Position numbers and translations under genes: made by a program
Sequence record: PP400786
Direction: 5' to 3' (one strand)
DNA length: 64,000 bases
From: Escherichia phage FL12
Shown here: in pieces, positions 19,806 to 30,097 of the stretch
How the letters are laid out: each line of letters starts with the position of its first letter
Numbering within the stretch: the first letter of the stretch is position 1
Notes under the pieces: generated by a model
What the model saw: only the letters and a program-made list of their open reading frames with translations
What the model was told of the DNA's origin: nothing
Database searches by the model: none

Positions 19806-20323
19806 TAATAACCTCGGTCTTGACGAGCGAAGTTTTCAGCATTTTTCAGGTAATAAAGTTTAAAGATTTCTTCAGCTGACATTCCAAGAGCAATAAATTT
19901 ATTCATGAAAAAGTGAAATTGGTCAATCAGTTCAAATTTAATTTCAAGCTGATCTTCGGGAGATAAATCTTGAATTTTCTTGGATTGCATTTCAGAATAA
20001 CGTTTCTTCCAAGGTTTCCATACAGCAGAAGCTTCTTTTTCACCATTACTCATACCACCAAGAGAAGTATATAGTTCGCGAGTTTCATCTGCGATATAAT
20101 CGTCTTGGTTTCGCAACCAAGCAAGAACTTCTCCTGCGGTTTCAAGTGAATCAGGATGACGATTTGTTTCTGGTTTATCATTAGCCAAACGAATCTGTAA
20201 ATGCCGCTGCATATCAAGCATAACCTGCAGTGGGTCAATATTGTGCATAATATTCTCAGCATATGCACGATTTGCTTTATCAACACCTTCGATCAAATGA
20301 GCACATTCATTAAAGTAAGCCAT
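19805..20323 (-). CDS. 56: dCTP pyrophosphatase gp56 (MazG-like)
   Basis: About 172 aa from internal ATG (MAYFNECAHL...); all-alpha NTP-PPase-like; ORF-track N-terminal extension reads into the intergenic promoter. Confidence 0.65.
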   Translation of the reverse strand: MAYFNECAHLIEGVDKANRAYAENIMHNIDPLQVMLDMQRHLQIRLANDKPETNRHPDSLETAGEVLAWLRNQDDYIADETRELYTSLGGMSNGEKEASAVWKPWKKRYSEMQSKKIQDLSPEDQLEIKFELIDQFHFFMNKFIALGMSAEEIFKLYYLKNAENFARQDRGY

Positions 20324-20394
20324 TATTTTTCCTTTCAATTCATGGGTTAGTAGATTAATTATACAATAAATATATAAAGCAATAAGGAGGACAT

Positions 20395-20595
20395 ATGGTA
20401 CAAAAATTAATGGCACTTGTTAATGCCATAAAAGGTAATAAAAAACGTATAGCTTTTACTATTTCTGCTATGGTAGGAATTTTACTCTGGAACTTTATTC
20501 TATCACCTGTTGCAATTGCGCATGGTATTAATATTCCAGTAGTTACTCTTGATACATTTGTAGATTTAGCATTTGCTTTAGTTGGGTTGATTTAA
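20395..20595 (+). CDS. small membrane protein (only convincing plus-strand gene in window)
   Basis: 66 aa with two hydrophobic helices; perfect SD AAGGAGG 5 nt before ATG at 20395; stop overlaps gp61 stop convergently. Confidence 0.6.
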   Translation: MVQKLMALVNAIKGNKKRIAFTISAMVGILLWNFILSPVAIAHGINIPVVTLDTFVDLAFALVGLI

Positions 20596-21620
20596 ATCTT
20601 AGCATATTTAGATAGCCGCATTTTAGCCATCAACCCCTGGGCAATATTATTTTTCATATATTCCATAATTTGTTCAGGGGTTGCACCTTCCTTTCTAATC
20701 ATATCATTGACATCTTTTGATTTCCAGGGAGATTTATCCCAAAACATAACCCTTTCTCCTGCATCAACTAATTTAGTCATTCGTTTGATAGTGTCAGGGT
20801 GACGAGGTTCATTATCTAAAACCCACACTCGTCTATCTTTAAATGGAACAACTTCTAGGTCTAATTGACCACCTGTAATAGCTATACCATTTTCAATAAA
20901 AAGTGAATCTATAGGTCCTTCTAGAACATATACATCACCATCTTTAACTCGTTCAACTCCATAGATTTTTGTTGCCTCAGGATAAGCTTTGATGGTGATA
21001 TATTTTTGAGGAGCATCTTTCTTTAATGCACGTCCTTGAAAAGACTCAGCTTTTCCATTAGCATTATAAATTGGAATAACAAGACGAGGCTCAGATATTT
21101 CCTTTTTATATGTTCCCGGTGCTATACTATTAACTAATTTAGGCCATTCGGTTGTAAACCAAAGATATTTCCATTTATCCTTTGGAATACAACGAGCTTT
21201 TACGTATTTTATAATTGGGTGGTCTTCCGCCAGTTTATCTAATCTAACACATGACGGAAGAGATTTAATTATTTTCTTCTCAGGTTGTTTAGGAAGTTCT
21301 TTAGGTTTTTCTACTGGACGACTTTTACCTTTTTCTTTTCTTATTTCAAAGATATACTCACGATATAAATCAGGTTCAAACTCCTTTAAATATATTCCGA
21401 TTGGTGCATGATAGTTACAGTTATAACAATGAATATTTCCTTCATTATTATCACCATAATACCATCCACGAGCTTTATTCTGGTCGGTTTTTGAATCTCC
21501 ACAAACAGGGCATCTAAACCGCAATTTAAAAGTTGAACTATTATTTACTTGTGTGAATTTAGGTAAATGAGCTAATGCACGGTATGCAAACTCATTATCA
21601 ATCCAAGGTATTGATGACAT
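20592..21620 (-). CDS. 61: DNA primase gp61
   Basis: 342 aa as T4 gp61; N-terminal zinc ribbon CPVCGDS...CYNC; Toprim region. Confidence 0.85.
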   Translation of the reverse strand: MSSIPWIDNEFAYRALAHLPKFTQVNNSSTFKLRFRCPVCGDSKTDQNKARGWYYGDNNEGNIHCYNCNYHAPIGIYLKEFEPDLYREYIFEIRKEKGKSRPVEKPKELPKQPEKKIIKSLPSCVRLDKLAEDHPIIKYVKARCIPKDKWKYLWFTTEWPKLVNSIAPGTYKKEISEPRLVIPIYNANGKAESFQGRALKKDAPQKYITIKAYPEATKIYGVERVKDGDVYVLEGPIDSLFIENGIAITGGQLDLEVVPFKDRRVWVLDNEPRHPDTIKRMTKLVDAGERVMFWDKSPWKSKDVNDMIRKEGATPEQIMEYMKNNIAQGLMAKMRLSKYAKI

Positions 21621-21622
21621 TT

Positions 21623-21787
21623 TTACTCTTCTTTTTCTTTAGATTCCTCTTTTTTCTTTTTAGGAATCTGCTCAGGACCTTTATTTACTACAGCGCCTGA
21701 CGTTGTTCCAGTAGAGATATTTTCAGGATTACCACCTGAATCTCCAGCGACCATATCTTCTTTGATAAATTCTTTATATGTTTTCAT
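21623..21787 (-). CDS. hypothetical small acidic/lysine-rich protein (about 54 aa; hand-called)
   Basis: MKTYKEFIKEDMVAGDSGGNPEN...KKKKEESKEKEE; below ORF-track cutoff. Confidence 0.4.
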   Translation of the reverse strand: MKTYKEFIKEDMVAGDSGGNPENISTGTTSGAVVNKGPEQIPKKKKEESKEKEE

Positions 21788-21788
21788 A

Positions 21789-22130
21789 TTAACCTCTATT
21801 CATAAAAGCATTAAAAATTTGGTCATCAATAGATGGCGCAGTAATATTTTCTGCATCATTTAGCAAATCATTAATTTCATCAGATAGCATAACACATGTA
21901 CCTTTATTTCCTGTAATTGTTACTGCACAATTACGAACGTTTTCTTTATCAAATTTTAGGTTAATATTTTCGTAGTGAAAATCCTTTAATGCCGAATATA
22001 TCTTTAAAATGAAATTGTCTTTTACTACAATAAACCCAACCTCACTATTAAAACGTGGTTCATGGAAACTGTAATAAACCTTTTCATCTATAAAATCGTA
22101 TGAAATTTTTCCATTTTTAAATATGAAAAT
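21789..22130 (-). pseudogene. truncated paralog (C-terminal half) of the adjacent 210-aa gene; no start codon
   Basis: About 114 open codons ending ...SIDDQIFNAFMNRG, nearly identical to the C-terminus of 22146-22778 (...SIDDQIFNAFMNRD); about 45 nt of near-identical DNA at both 3' ends; no in-frame ATG/GTG. Confidence 0.5.
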
Positions 22131-22145
22131 TCAGAACTATACATA

Positions 22146-22778
22146 TTAATCTCTATTCATAAAAGCATTAAAAATTTGATCGTCAATAGAAACTTTTACT
22201 TTAGGCTGTTCTTCAAACGGTAATTCATATCCACATATTACAATTTTGTGATCGATACCAAAATACACAGAAGCAATATTATTAATATTATTTTCAGTGA
22301 AATCTAAATCAACATCAATATCTTTTTGACTAACGCTCAAAGGATAATTAATACGAATAATTCGATTATCTTTAACAAAGATTCCACCGACATACTCTGT
22401 GCTGCGTTTAAAGTTTACACGTTTCCTAAATGAAAAATATTCAGGTTCTTTATGGGCTCGACTCATAGGGCTTAAAGTGTATTCCGAATATGAAATATCA
22501 AATCCTACACCTTCAATATGAGCCAAAGTGTCATGATTAAACCAATTATAATCGTATGCCAAATCCATTAAATTGTAATATGTGAAAGGCACCGGATTAA
22601 CATCATATGTTGTACCTTTAAAATCTGCCCAGGCAACGATTTCGTTATCTTTAACAATTACAAAAATTGTGCCAATAAGATATCCACGGTTATTTTCATC
22701 AGGCGTTATATTATAACATTGTGCATCAGGAAATTTACCGTATTTAAACGGTGGATTTTTGTGCATATAATAAATCAT
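22146..22778 (-). CDS. hypothetical protein (parent copy of the duplication)
   Basis: 210 aa ORF. Confidence 0.55.
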   Translation of the reverse strand: MIYYMHKNPPFKYGKFPDAQCYNITPDENNRGYLIGTIFVIVKDNEIVAWADFKGTTYDVNPVPFTYYNLMDLAYDYNWFNHDTLAHIEGVGFDISYSEYTLSPMSRAHKEPEYFSFRKRVNFKRSTEYVGGIFVKDNRIIRINYPLSVSQKDIDVDLDFTENNINNIASVYFGIDHKIVICGYELPFEEQPKVKVSIDDQIFNAFMNRD

Positions 22779-22779
22779 A

Positions 22780-23073
22780 TTATTCGCCTGTGATTTCGGT
22801 TACGATATTTTTATTATTGAAGTTTTTATCACAATACAGAACGTAATTATACTGCATTACCCCACCAGACTTAAGCTGTTTTTGTACTTCAGCTTTCATT
22901 TCAGGACGATCACGCTCAACGATATTCATAATATCTGCTTCAATTTGAGTTTCAACCTCAGTCTGATCCGCAGTCATAGACCATTCGCACAAATCTTTAT
23001 CATAGCCTGCCATAGCAGGCTGAGCAGCACAAGAAGATAAAGCAAAAATTGTAGCAAAGATAAATTTTTTCAT
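22780..23073 (-). CDS. sp: Spackle-like periplasmic protein
   Basis: 97 aa with cleavable signal peptide (MKKFIFATIFALSSCAAQPAMA); T4 Sp is 97 aa between 61 and 41. Confidence 0.5.
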   Translation of the reverse strand: MKKFIFATIFALSSCAAQPAMAGYDKDLCEWSMTADQTEVETQIEADIMNIVERDRPEMKAEVQKQLKSGGVMQYNYVLYCDKNFNNKNIVTEITGE

Positions 23074-23131
23074 GATAATCTCCTCAGTAGTTTATGTTTA
23101 TAGTATCTCAATTTCCAACAAAAGTAAACAG

Positions 23132-23389
23132 TTATTTTAAAACTTCTGCATAATCACATGTTACAAACTGTTTCTCTAACTTGACGATTTTACGAAAGTA
23201 TCTTTTGCATTGGCGAATCTGCCGCTTCGTAGGGCGAACAGCAAACTTAATAAATTCCACTCGACCAAATGGAGGGTTTTCTTCTGCTGGAATATCTAAC
23301 ACCAATTCCCACGTATCCGCAATAAGTGCTTTGAATTGAGTATTTTTCCTAACGTTATACGGAGTAGGTTTAAATAAAACAATATGCAT
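23132..23389 (-). CDS. hypothetical protein (start trimmed to ATG with GAGGA RBS)
   Basis: About 85 aa from MHIVLFKPTPY... Confidence 0.45.
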   Translation of the reverse strand: MHIVLFKPTPYNVRKNTQFKALIADTWELVLDIPAEENPPFGRVEFIKFAVRPTKRQIRQCKRYFRKIVKLEKQFVTCDYAEVLK

Positions 23390-23390
23390 A

Positions 23391-23573
23391 TTATCCTCGG
23401 CAATCCACTTCACATACTTTCTTGTCATCAATAAAAGCTTCAACTAATGCTTTATTAACTTCAGCATACTGAGTAGTAGCCCATTGAACGTCATCTTTCA
23501 TCATTGTGGTTTCTTTAGTAAACATGCTTTCATTCTTAAACCACCCCATAAAAACTACCTTTACCAATTCCAT
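23391..23573 (-). CDS. hypothetical small protein
   Basis: 60 aa; GAGGAG RBS. Confidence 0.45.
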   Translation of the reverse strand: MELVKVVFMGWFKNESMFTKETTMMKDDVQWATTQYAEVNKALVEAFIDDKKVCEVDCRG

Positions 23574-23631
23574 AACAATCTCCTCATTTAACCAACAAGA
23601 CTACTATACCATAGTCTCGTCAGCTTGTAAA

Positions 23632-25059
23632 CTAAAATTTTAATTCATTCGCCAAAGCATCTAACTGAGCTCGAGCTGATTCGTTTCTTTGATAGCGATT
23701 CTGTTCAGCCTGAATCTGTTGTGAACCTGCTACTTCGTTCACTTCAGTTGGAGTAGAATCTTGTTCAATTTCTACCCATTTCTGATTTCCCTTTTGAACA
23801 CCCATCAAAAACTTATTCCATTTGTTCTTATCGCCATATCGTGATTTGATTTGCTTAATGAGTTGTTGTTCAGCAGCTGCTAGCTCCTCGGTTTCAATGA
23901 CTGCAAGCATAAAATCAGCTGTTGCTGGAAGACCGGCAGATTCTGCAATATCGCTCATGTTAACATCGGAAGAGTCCCAAGCTTGTTTACCAACCTGTGC
24001 TGCAGTCCAAAGAACAGTTTCGGTTTCAACAGCCAGAGCACGCAATTCCTCGGCAATAGCTTTAACAGTTGTGTAACTATTTTCTGAATAAACTCTAATG
24101 CGGCAAGATTTACAAATACCTAGATAGTCGACAATAATGATTGTTGGAACAAAATTCTTCTTGAGCTTCAATTCGTTTAAAAGTGATCGAAATGTATTAG
24201 CATCTGCTCCACCAGTAGGATATTGTTTAACGATTAAACGACCGAGAGTAGATTTCTCACGCCATTTTTCCATTTTTCCTTTATACTCAGCGTAAGAAAT
24301 ATGCCCATCATCAATGTCATCAAGAGAAACATCAAGCATATTAGCGTCAATACGTTTAGCACAGACTTCTTCTGCCATTTCCATGGAGATATAAAGAACG
24401 TTATGACCAAGCTGTAAATAATCTGCTGCCAATGAACACAATCCTAATGATTTACCAACGTTAACGCCAGCCATTAAAACGTTCAGTGTTCCAGTCTCAG
24501 CTCCGCCTTTAGTAATTTTGTTTAGAATTCTGAGTTTAAATGGAACCTTACGAGCTTTATTCATATAAGATAGCCAGCGTGCTTCGTAGTCATCCATCCA
24601 ATCATGACCAACGTAGCTATCAAATGAAATTGATAATGCTTGACGCATGATGTCAGGAATAGCACCAACATCCGGCATTTTCTTATTTCGTTTTTCCGGA
24701 GGAAGCTCAGCATTAGTTTGAATTTCGATTATTTTAGACGTAGCATTAAACATCGCCCTTTGCTGAACATATTTTTCTGTTTCTTTTACTAACCAGCTGT
24801 GGTCTTCTGGAGAATCGGCTAGTTTTGAAATAAGTGTTTTTACACCAGAATATTCCGTTTCAGTAAATGAACTATTTTCTAATGCAACATTTAACGCATT
24901 AATAGATGGAACGCTATGATACTCATTGACATGAGATTTAATTAATTTGAATGTATTTTTAGCTGGACCACTTTCAAAATATTCTGAATCCATATATGGC
25001 CAAACTTTTGAAAAATAAGCTTGATCAAATATGAGATGAGAAAGAATAATTTCTACCAC
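23632..25059 (-). CDS. 41: replicative DNA helicase gp41 (DnaB-like)
   Basis: 475 aa as T4 gp41; Walker A GVNVGKS; RecA-like core. Confidence 0.85.
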   Translation of the reverse strand: MVEIILSHLIFDQAYFSKVWPYMDSEYFESGPAKNTFKLIKSHVNEYHSVPSINALNVALENSSFTETEYSGVKTLISKLADSPEDHSWLVKETEKYVQQRAMFNATSKIIEIQTNAELPPEKRNKKMPDVGAIPDIMRQALSISFDSYVGHDWMDDYEARWLSYMNKARKVPFKLRILNKITKGGAETGTLNVLMAGVNVGKSLGLCSLAADYLQLGHNVLYISMEMAEEVCAKRIDANMLDVSLDDIDDGHISYAEYKGKMEKWREKSTLGRLIVKQYPTGGADANTFRSLLNELKLKKNFVPTIIIVDYLGICKSCRIRVYSENSYTTVKAIAEELRALAVETETVLWTAAQVGKQAWDSSDVNMSDIAESAGLPATADFMLAVIETEELAAAEQQLIKQIKSRYGDKNKWNKFLMGVQKGNQKWVEIEQDSTPTEVNEVAGSQQIQAEQNRYQRNESARAQLDALANELKF

Positions 25060-25068
25060 ACTTACTCC

Positions 25069-25431
25069 TTAAAAGAATTTAAACTTTTTCTTTGACCTTT
25101 TATTAAATGCATCTTGTAGTTGCATTGTAATACATTTTTCTACATGAGGAGCTAACTCAGCTTTTCTTTCTTGGTCAAGAACAGCAAAGTCCATTACGAC
25201 TTTTCCATCAACCCAATCTAATTTTGTCACATACACAATGTGCGTAGAACCATCTTCTAGTTTAATGACAATCTCCTGGATAACATTTTCCATGGCAGAT
25301 TTAATTATCTTAAGAGACTCATTAAAAAGACGTTCTTTTCTTTCTTCTTCCCCCTCCGAAGAGGGGGATTCATCGATAATTTCTAGATCTAAATCTAAAT
25401 CATCTTTATTCATTAAATTCTTCCATATCAC
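25069..25431 (-). CDS. hypothetical acidic protein (gene 40 position)
   Basis: 120 aa ORF between uvsX and 41. Confidence 0.45.
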   Translation of the reverse strand: MIWKNLMNKDDLDLDLEIIDESPSSEGEEERKERLFNESLKIIKSAMENVIQEIVIKLEDGSTHIVYVTKLDWVDGKVVMDFAVLDQERKAELAPHVEKCITMQLQDAFNKRSKKKFKFF

Positions 25432-26581
25432 TTAACTGTTCGAGGTCAGTTTCTAAATTAGCAGCTGATTTACTTTTACTTTCTGGAGATTTAAATTTTT
25501 CAACCTTTGAGTTAATCAATTCATCAACTTCAGCTTCAACAATTTCATTACTATCAATAGCACCTAACTGATAAGCACGTTTAATAGCATCTCGGAATGG
25601 TTGATGCTTAAATAAAGGACCCCAGAATGTAGTGCAGTTGGTATCTTTTGCACGCCAAGATTTTTCTTCGCGAATCATCTCGCCGGTTTCTTCATCAAGA
25701 AATTCACGAGCATACCAGCCATTTTTAGGTTTTACCACGAATCCTAATTCTAGAGCCATATCTAACAATCCAGAATAAGGATCGATACCACCGTCAAATT
25801 TAACATCAATAAAGAATTTACTTTTTTCTTTAACGGTACGAGATTTTTCTACATTTAGAACAAATTGATACCCTTGAAGATCAGAACCATCTTTAATCTG
25901 GCGTTTACCGATAATGAATACGGTATCAGCCGAATACATCGGTCCAGTACCACCTCCCATAACTGTTTTACTAAACATTTCTTGTGTTTCGTATGTATGG
26001 TTAATAGCAATACATGGAATATTTTTAGTACTAAAATAGGGAGTTACGATACGAAATAAGCTTTTCATTGTTTTAGCTCTAGTCATATCACTAACAACTT
26101 TTTCATTTAAAGCATCTTCAGTTTCTTTCTTAGAAGCTAAGTTACCAAGTGAATCGATAAAAACGACTACCTTTTCGCCACGTTCAATTGCATCCAATTG
26201 ATTAACCATGTCAATACGTAATTGCTCAAGTGATTGAACCGGAGTATGAATTACTCGTTCTGGATCGACTCCCATAGACCGCAAATAAGCAGGAGTAATA
26301 CCAAATTCACTATCATAAAACAAACATACTGCATCAGGATATTGACGCATGTAAGATGACACCATTGTTAATCCAAAGTTTGATTTAAATGATTTTGATG
26401 GACCTGCCAAAATTAACAGACCAGATTGCATACCACCAGTAATTTCACCAGAAAGTGCAATATTCATCATAGGAATTTTTGTTCGAACTACATCTTTTTC
26501 ATTAAAGAATTTAGATGCTGTTAATTCTGCAGTCAATTTAGAAGTAGAAGCTTTAATCAAACGAGATTTTAAATCAGACAT
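25406..26581 (-). CDS. uvsX: UvsX recombinase (RecA/Rad51 family)
   Basis: 391 aa as T4 UvsX; Walker A and RecA-fold features. Confidence 0.85.
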   Translation of the reverse strand: MSDLKSRLIKASTSKLTAELTASKFFNEKDVVRTKIPMMNIALSGEITGGMQSGLLILAGPSKSFKSNFGLTMVSSYMRQYPDAVCLFYDSEFGITPAYLRSMGVDPERVIHTPVQSLEQLRIDMVNQLDAIERGEKVVVFIDSLGNLASKKETEDALNEKVVSDMTRAKTMKSLFRIVTPYFSTKNIPCIAINHTYETQEMFSKTVMGGGTGPMYSADTVFIIGKRQIKDGSDLQGYQFVLNVEKSRTVKEKSKFFIDVKFDGGIDPYSGLLDMALELGFVVKPKNGWYAREFLDEETGEMIREEKSWRAKDTNCTTFWGPLFKHQPFRDAIKRAYQLGAIDSNEIVEAEVDELINSKVEKFKSPESKSKSAANLETDLEQLSDMEEFNE

Positions 26582-26589
26582 ATAATACC

Positions 26590-27267
26590 TTATAGTAGTG
26601 TTCTTGTTCCACGAAATACTTCGAGCATTCTTGCATAAGATTTATTTGGAAATCCAGCTTCAATTGCTAATTTTTTAAGCTTAATAGCACCGGGTTTTCC
26701 AGAGTTTTCCCATATTTCTTTAATCTTTTCAATGTTATCCCACATTATTGGGTCACGTTTATGTGATGGTTTATTTCTATTATAACCATATGGATTATTA
26801 AGCAAAGCTTCTTTTCGTTTTGCTTTAGTTTCTTCTGACTGCTTTTTGCCTAGCTGGGCTTTCCGGCAAACATCACTAAATCCAAGATGTTTTGGTTTTC
26901 CTTTTTGAGCTTTTGAAATTTTTTCTTTGGTTTCTGATGAAACTCTATAACCAATTCTTCTACCACCCTCTCCACCAATTTTTAAATTATAAGTCATAGG
27001 ATCATTTACCACATCTATTGTTACTAATTCTCTTTCAGCATCACGGGCTGATTTAAAATCTTTATAAAACCCAAGAATGCTTAAATTAAAATTTTTCTTA
27101 CCATACTTTTTCTTGGCTTGTGCTAATAAAGTTCCTGATCCCATATAACCATCATTTAAATCATCGGTTGAATGAGTTCCATAGTAAATTTTATTATTAA
27201 CTAAATTAGTTATAACATAAGTATAATTATATTTCTTTTCTTTATGTCTTTTCATGTCATTAATCAA
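26590..27267 (-). CDS. segA: GIY-YIG homing endonuclease (SegA-like)
   Basis: 225 aa; GIY-YIG motif YTYVITNLVNNKIYYGTHS; between uvsX and beta-gt as segA in T4. Confidence 0.7.
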   Translation of the reverse strand: MINDMKRHKEKKYNYTYVITNLVNNKIYYGTHSTDDLNDGYMGSGTLLAQAKKKYGKKNFNLSILGFYKDFKSARDAERELVTIDVVNDPMTYNLKIGGEGGRRIGYRVSSETKEKISKAQKGKPKHLGFSDVCRKAQLGKKQSEETKAKRKEALLNNPYGYNRNKPSHKRDPIMWDNIEKIKEIWENSGKPGAIKLKKLAIEAGFPNKSYARMLEVFRGTRTLL

Positions 27268-27419
27268 CTGCTATTCGATGAACTTCTCTCTTTTCTAATC
27301 AATATAACAAAAGAAGTCCCAAAAAGCAAACAGACCTAAACCGATAATAAGCAATAAAGGTCCTAACATTTATTCCACCGGTTAAAGATAAATAACTTTC
27401 TAATAATAGTTCATAATTT

Positions 27420-28475
27420 TTATAAATCAATAGCTTTTTTGAACGCATCTTGCCATTCGGCTTTCTTTGCACGGGTTTTATTTAAAATATCATGTTGAAT
27501 AGAAAGCATCTCTTTACGTAAAACATCACTGTGTTTTAACTCATTGACTCTATCAATGAGTTCAGCACGATTATTTACATAAAAACGAGCATCATTAATA
27601 ATTCGATGTTTGGTATCAAATTCTTCGTCAATTAGCATCACTGCATCAGATGCCATTGTTTCCCAGACGCGTAAGGTAATAAAGTTGTCATTATAATTCT
27701 TGTCACCAATAATTAATGCAGCAATAGCTTGACTATTCTTTTCAGATACCATGTTCATAGGAATTTTTCCAGTAAACGCCGGAGCTTTGGTCCAAGGATA
27801 TTTAGGATTTTTAAACTGTTTTTCTCGTGCATTGCCAAAAAACTCAATATTTAAACCGGTGTCAAATAAGAATTCTACCATCTTGGATTCGCGTTGACCG
27901 GACCGAAATGAACCGCCATAAATAACATCCAAAGTTTTCTTGGTAGGCTTAGATAATTGAAAATCGTTCATATGAATTTTATATTGTTCAATAGGAAAAT
28001 ATTCAAATTCAATAACATTATCAACTTTCTTATGCGCAGCCTTAGCAATGTCTAAATTTATACCTTGGGAAATCACTTTAATTGGTGATTTAATTAATAG
28101 CTCTTCTTCAGTGTACAAATATGCCCATGGTCTATTTTTAACATTTGGCCAAGACTGCGAAAACGGCAAACGTATATCTGTAAATAAATAATAAATTTTA
28201 CTTTTGTATTTTGCCATAAATTTTTGCGCAGATAAAATTGCTAAATTAAGTTTACCGCCAAAAAAGTTAATAGAAGAATTAACAACTATCAAACGGTCAT
28301 AATCATTAACATCTACTTCATCAAAAGATTTAGTGTAAACACCATTTTTAAGAGAAATAATGTCGACATTAAGACCCATTTCAGAAATAACTTTAAAAAG
28401 ATAAATAGTTTCAGAAGATGGAACAGTTTTAAAATTAATAACATTATTACCCATATTAATTATAGCAATTTTCAT
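27420..28475 (-). CDS. bgt: DNA beta-glucosyltransferase
   Basis: 351 aa as T4 beta-gt; immediately upstream of gene 42. Confidence 0.7.
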   Translation of the reverse strand: MKIAIINMGNNVINFKTVPSSETIYLFKVISEMGLNVDIISLKNGVYTKSFDEVDVNDYDRLIVVNSSINFFGGKLNLAILSAQKFMAKYKSKIYYLFTDIRLPFSQSWPNVKNRPWAYLYTEEELLIKSPIKVISQGINLDIAKAAHKKVDNVIEFEYFPIEQYKIHMNDFQLSKPTKKTLDVIYGGSFRSGQRESKMVEFLFDTGLNIEFFGNAREKQFKNPKYPWTKAPAFTGKIPMNMVSEKNSQAIAALIIGDKNYNDNFITLRVWETMASDAVMLIDEEFDTKHRIINDARFYVNNRAELIDRVNELKHSDVLRKEMLSIQHDILNKTRAKKAEWQDAFKKAIDL

Positions 28476-28498
28476 ATTATTCCTTTTATGTTAAACGA

Positions 28499-29239
28499 TT
28501 AAGCGTATTTTCCTACATAATCTTTTTTCGAAATATGTGTTTCGCCAGTTTTCCACCAATGATCAACCAAATAAAAATGACGAGAATACACATGTAGGCT
28601 TCCAACATTCCATATAATGGAACCTGCTTTATACTGGCGAGTTGAATCACCTGCATTCAAATCAGATACTAATTTATCTAATACGTATTTTTGCCATGCA
28701 TAATCATTACGGAATCCGAAGACCACGTCATTTGAGCGCATGCTTACTACTGCATTGACTTTCTTGTCACGAATCAGGTATTGTACTGTATTCGTGCACA
28801 TGAAATCTGACATACCATCTTTATTATAGTCAAACTGCATAGATGGACGAGTATAAATCATGATACCACGTCGAGAATCAGGATTTTGACCAAGTTCAGC
28901 TAAACACATGTCATATTGAGCATAGTTATCTTCTGACCAGATAGCCCAACCATAATTCGAGTTAATTTCACCTTTAGAAGATGCTACTTGTTGCCAAATC
29001 TTCGGTGTTTCACCTGGAATATCTTTAACAAACAAACTCTTAGATTTATACCATTCAAGTTCACGCTGAATGTATTCATCATTAAGAGCGCCAAAAATAA
29101 AAGGTTCATCTGCTACAAATGATGCGCCAATAATTTCAATAGTTTTAACACCAGTTTTATCAACTACGAAATCTTTTTCTTTTAATGCAAGCCCCAAATG
29201 AAGACGGATTTCTTCAACTGTCATAGAGTCACTAATCAT
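28499..29239 (-). CDS. 42: dCMP hydroxymethylase gp42 (thymidylate-synthase fold)
   Basis: 246 aa as T4 gp42; TS-like motifs. Confidence 0.8.
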   Translation of the reverse strand: MISDSMTVEEIRLHLGLALKEKDFVVDKTGVKTIEIIGASFVADEPFIFGALNDEYIQRELEWYKSKSLFVKDIPGETPKIWQQVASSKGEINSNYGWAIWSEDNYAQYDMCLAELGQNPDSRRGIMIYTRPSMQFDYNKDGMSDFMCTNTVQYLIRDKKVNAVVSMRSNDVVFGFRNDYAWQKYVLDKLVSDLNAGDSTRQYKAGSIIWNVGSLHVYSRHFYLVDHWWKTGETHISKKDYVGKYA

Positions 29240-29392
29240 TTAAACCTCAATTGATACATTCATATTTAACTTGTAACAGTAATAAACCCCAACCTAAAAT
29301 AATAGTTGGAATCATAAGAGGAACCGTTACACTATAGTATATACTTATTATAACCATCAAGATTAAAAGCAATGCTGCTATAATTTTGCTTT

Positions 29393-29644
29393 TCATTCCT
29401 TCTCTCTGATGATAATTACCTGATTTGGCTGTGCAGACTTTTTAGTTTCACCTGCAATTGACCAAATAAATGTAATAAACCAACCAATAATTGACCAGTT
29501 AAACAGTAAAGATGTGAAAAAGATTCCTACTGTCGATTTTGACCCACGCATCAAGGCGATAAACCATGGAAGCATGTATATAATAATAGCCAACACACCT
29601 GAAACTAAAACCATAAAAATTGAACCTGCTACTAAAGTTTCCAT
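29393..29644 (-). CDS. imm: Imm superinfection immunity membrane protein
   Basis: 83 aa as T4 Imm; two TM helices; between 43 and 42. Confidence 0.6.
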   Translation of the reverse strand: METLVAGSIFMVLVSGVLAIIIYMLPWFIALMRGSKSTVGIFFTSLLFNWSIIGWFITFIWSIAGETKKSAQPNQVIIIREKE

Positions 29645-29651
29645 CTTTTCC

Positions 29652-30044
29652 TCACTTAGTCAAATTTTTTACACATGAATTATAAGAATTCACTACATAC
29701 TCCATCGGAGCAGTTTTACCTGTGCGCCATTGGTAATTATTAGCCCAATTTGCCCAAAGTTCAGCGCAGTAGTTTTCAATTTTTTCTTCGCGTGTAATTA
29801 CATCAGAATTACGATATGCTTGAGCAGATTCATCTGGACGAATAGCTTCGTCAAAATTCGCCTGCATTTGTTCTACTGTCTGTTTTGGAGCTTCTTTATA
29901 ACACTTGACATTAGGATTATAAAATTTGCTTGAACAGTTTACAATTTTTCCTACATCAGACTGATTTACTACCGGTCCTTGAGCTACACAACCAGCAAGA
30001 CCTAATGCAATAACCAAAATAGCGATTTTCATTTCATTCTCCAA
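29652..30044 (-). CDS. putative lipoprotein (imm.1 position)
   Basis: 130 aa; signal peptide plus lipobox LAGC. Confidence 0.5.
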   Translation of the reverse strand: MENEMKIAILVIALGLAGCVAQGPVVNQSDVGKIVNCSSKFYNPNVKCYKEAPKQTVEQMQANFDEAIRPDESAQAYRNSDVITREEKIENYCAELWANWANNYQWRTGKTAPMEYVVNSYNSCVKNLTK

Positions 30045-30065
30045 ATCCGTATCAGTTGATAGTTG

Positions 30066-30097
30066 TATAGTACTATAGAAGAGCAGGGATGTAAACA
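30066..30097 (-). promoter_or_regulatory. T4-type early promoter plus conserved leader
   Basis: Minus strand GTTTAC...TACTATACAACTATCAACTGATACGGATTTGGAGAATG. Confidence 0.5.
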
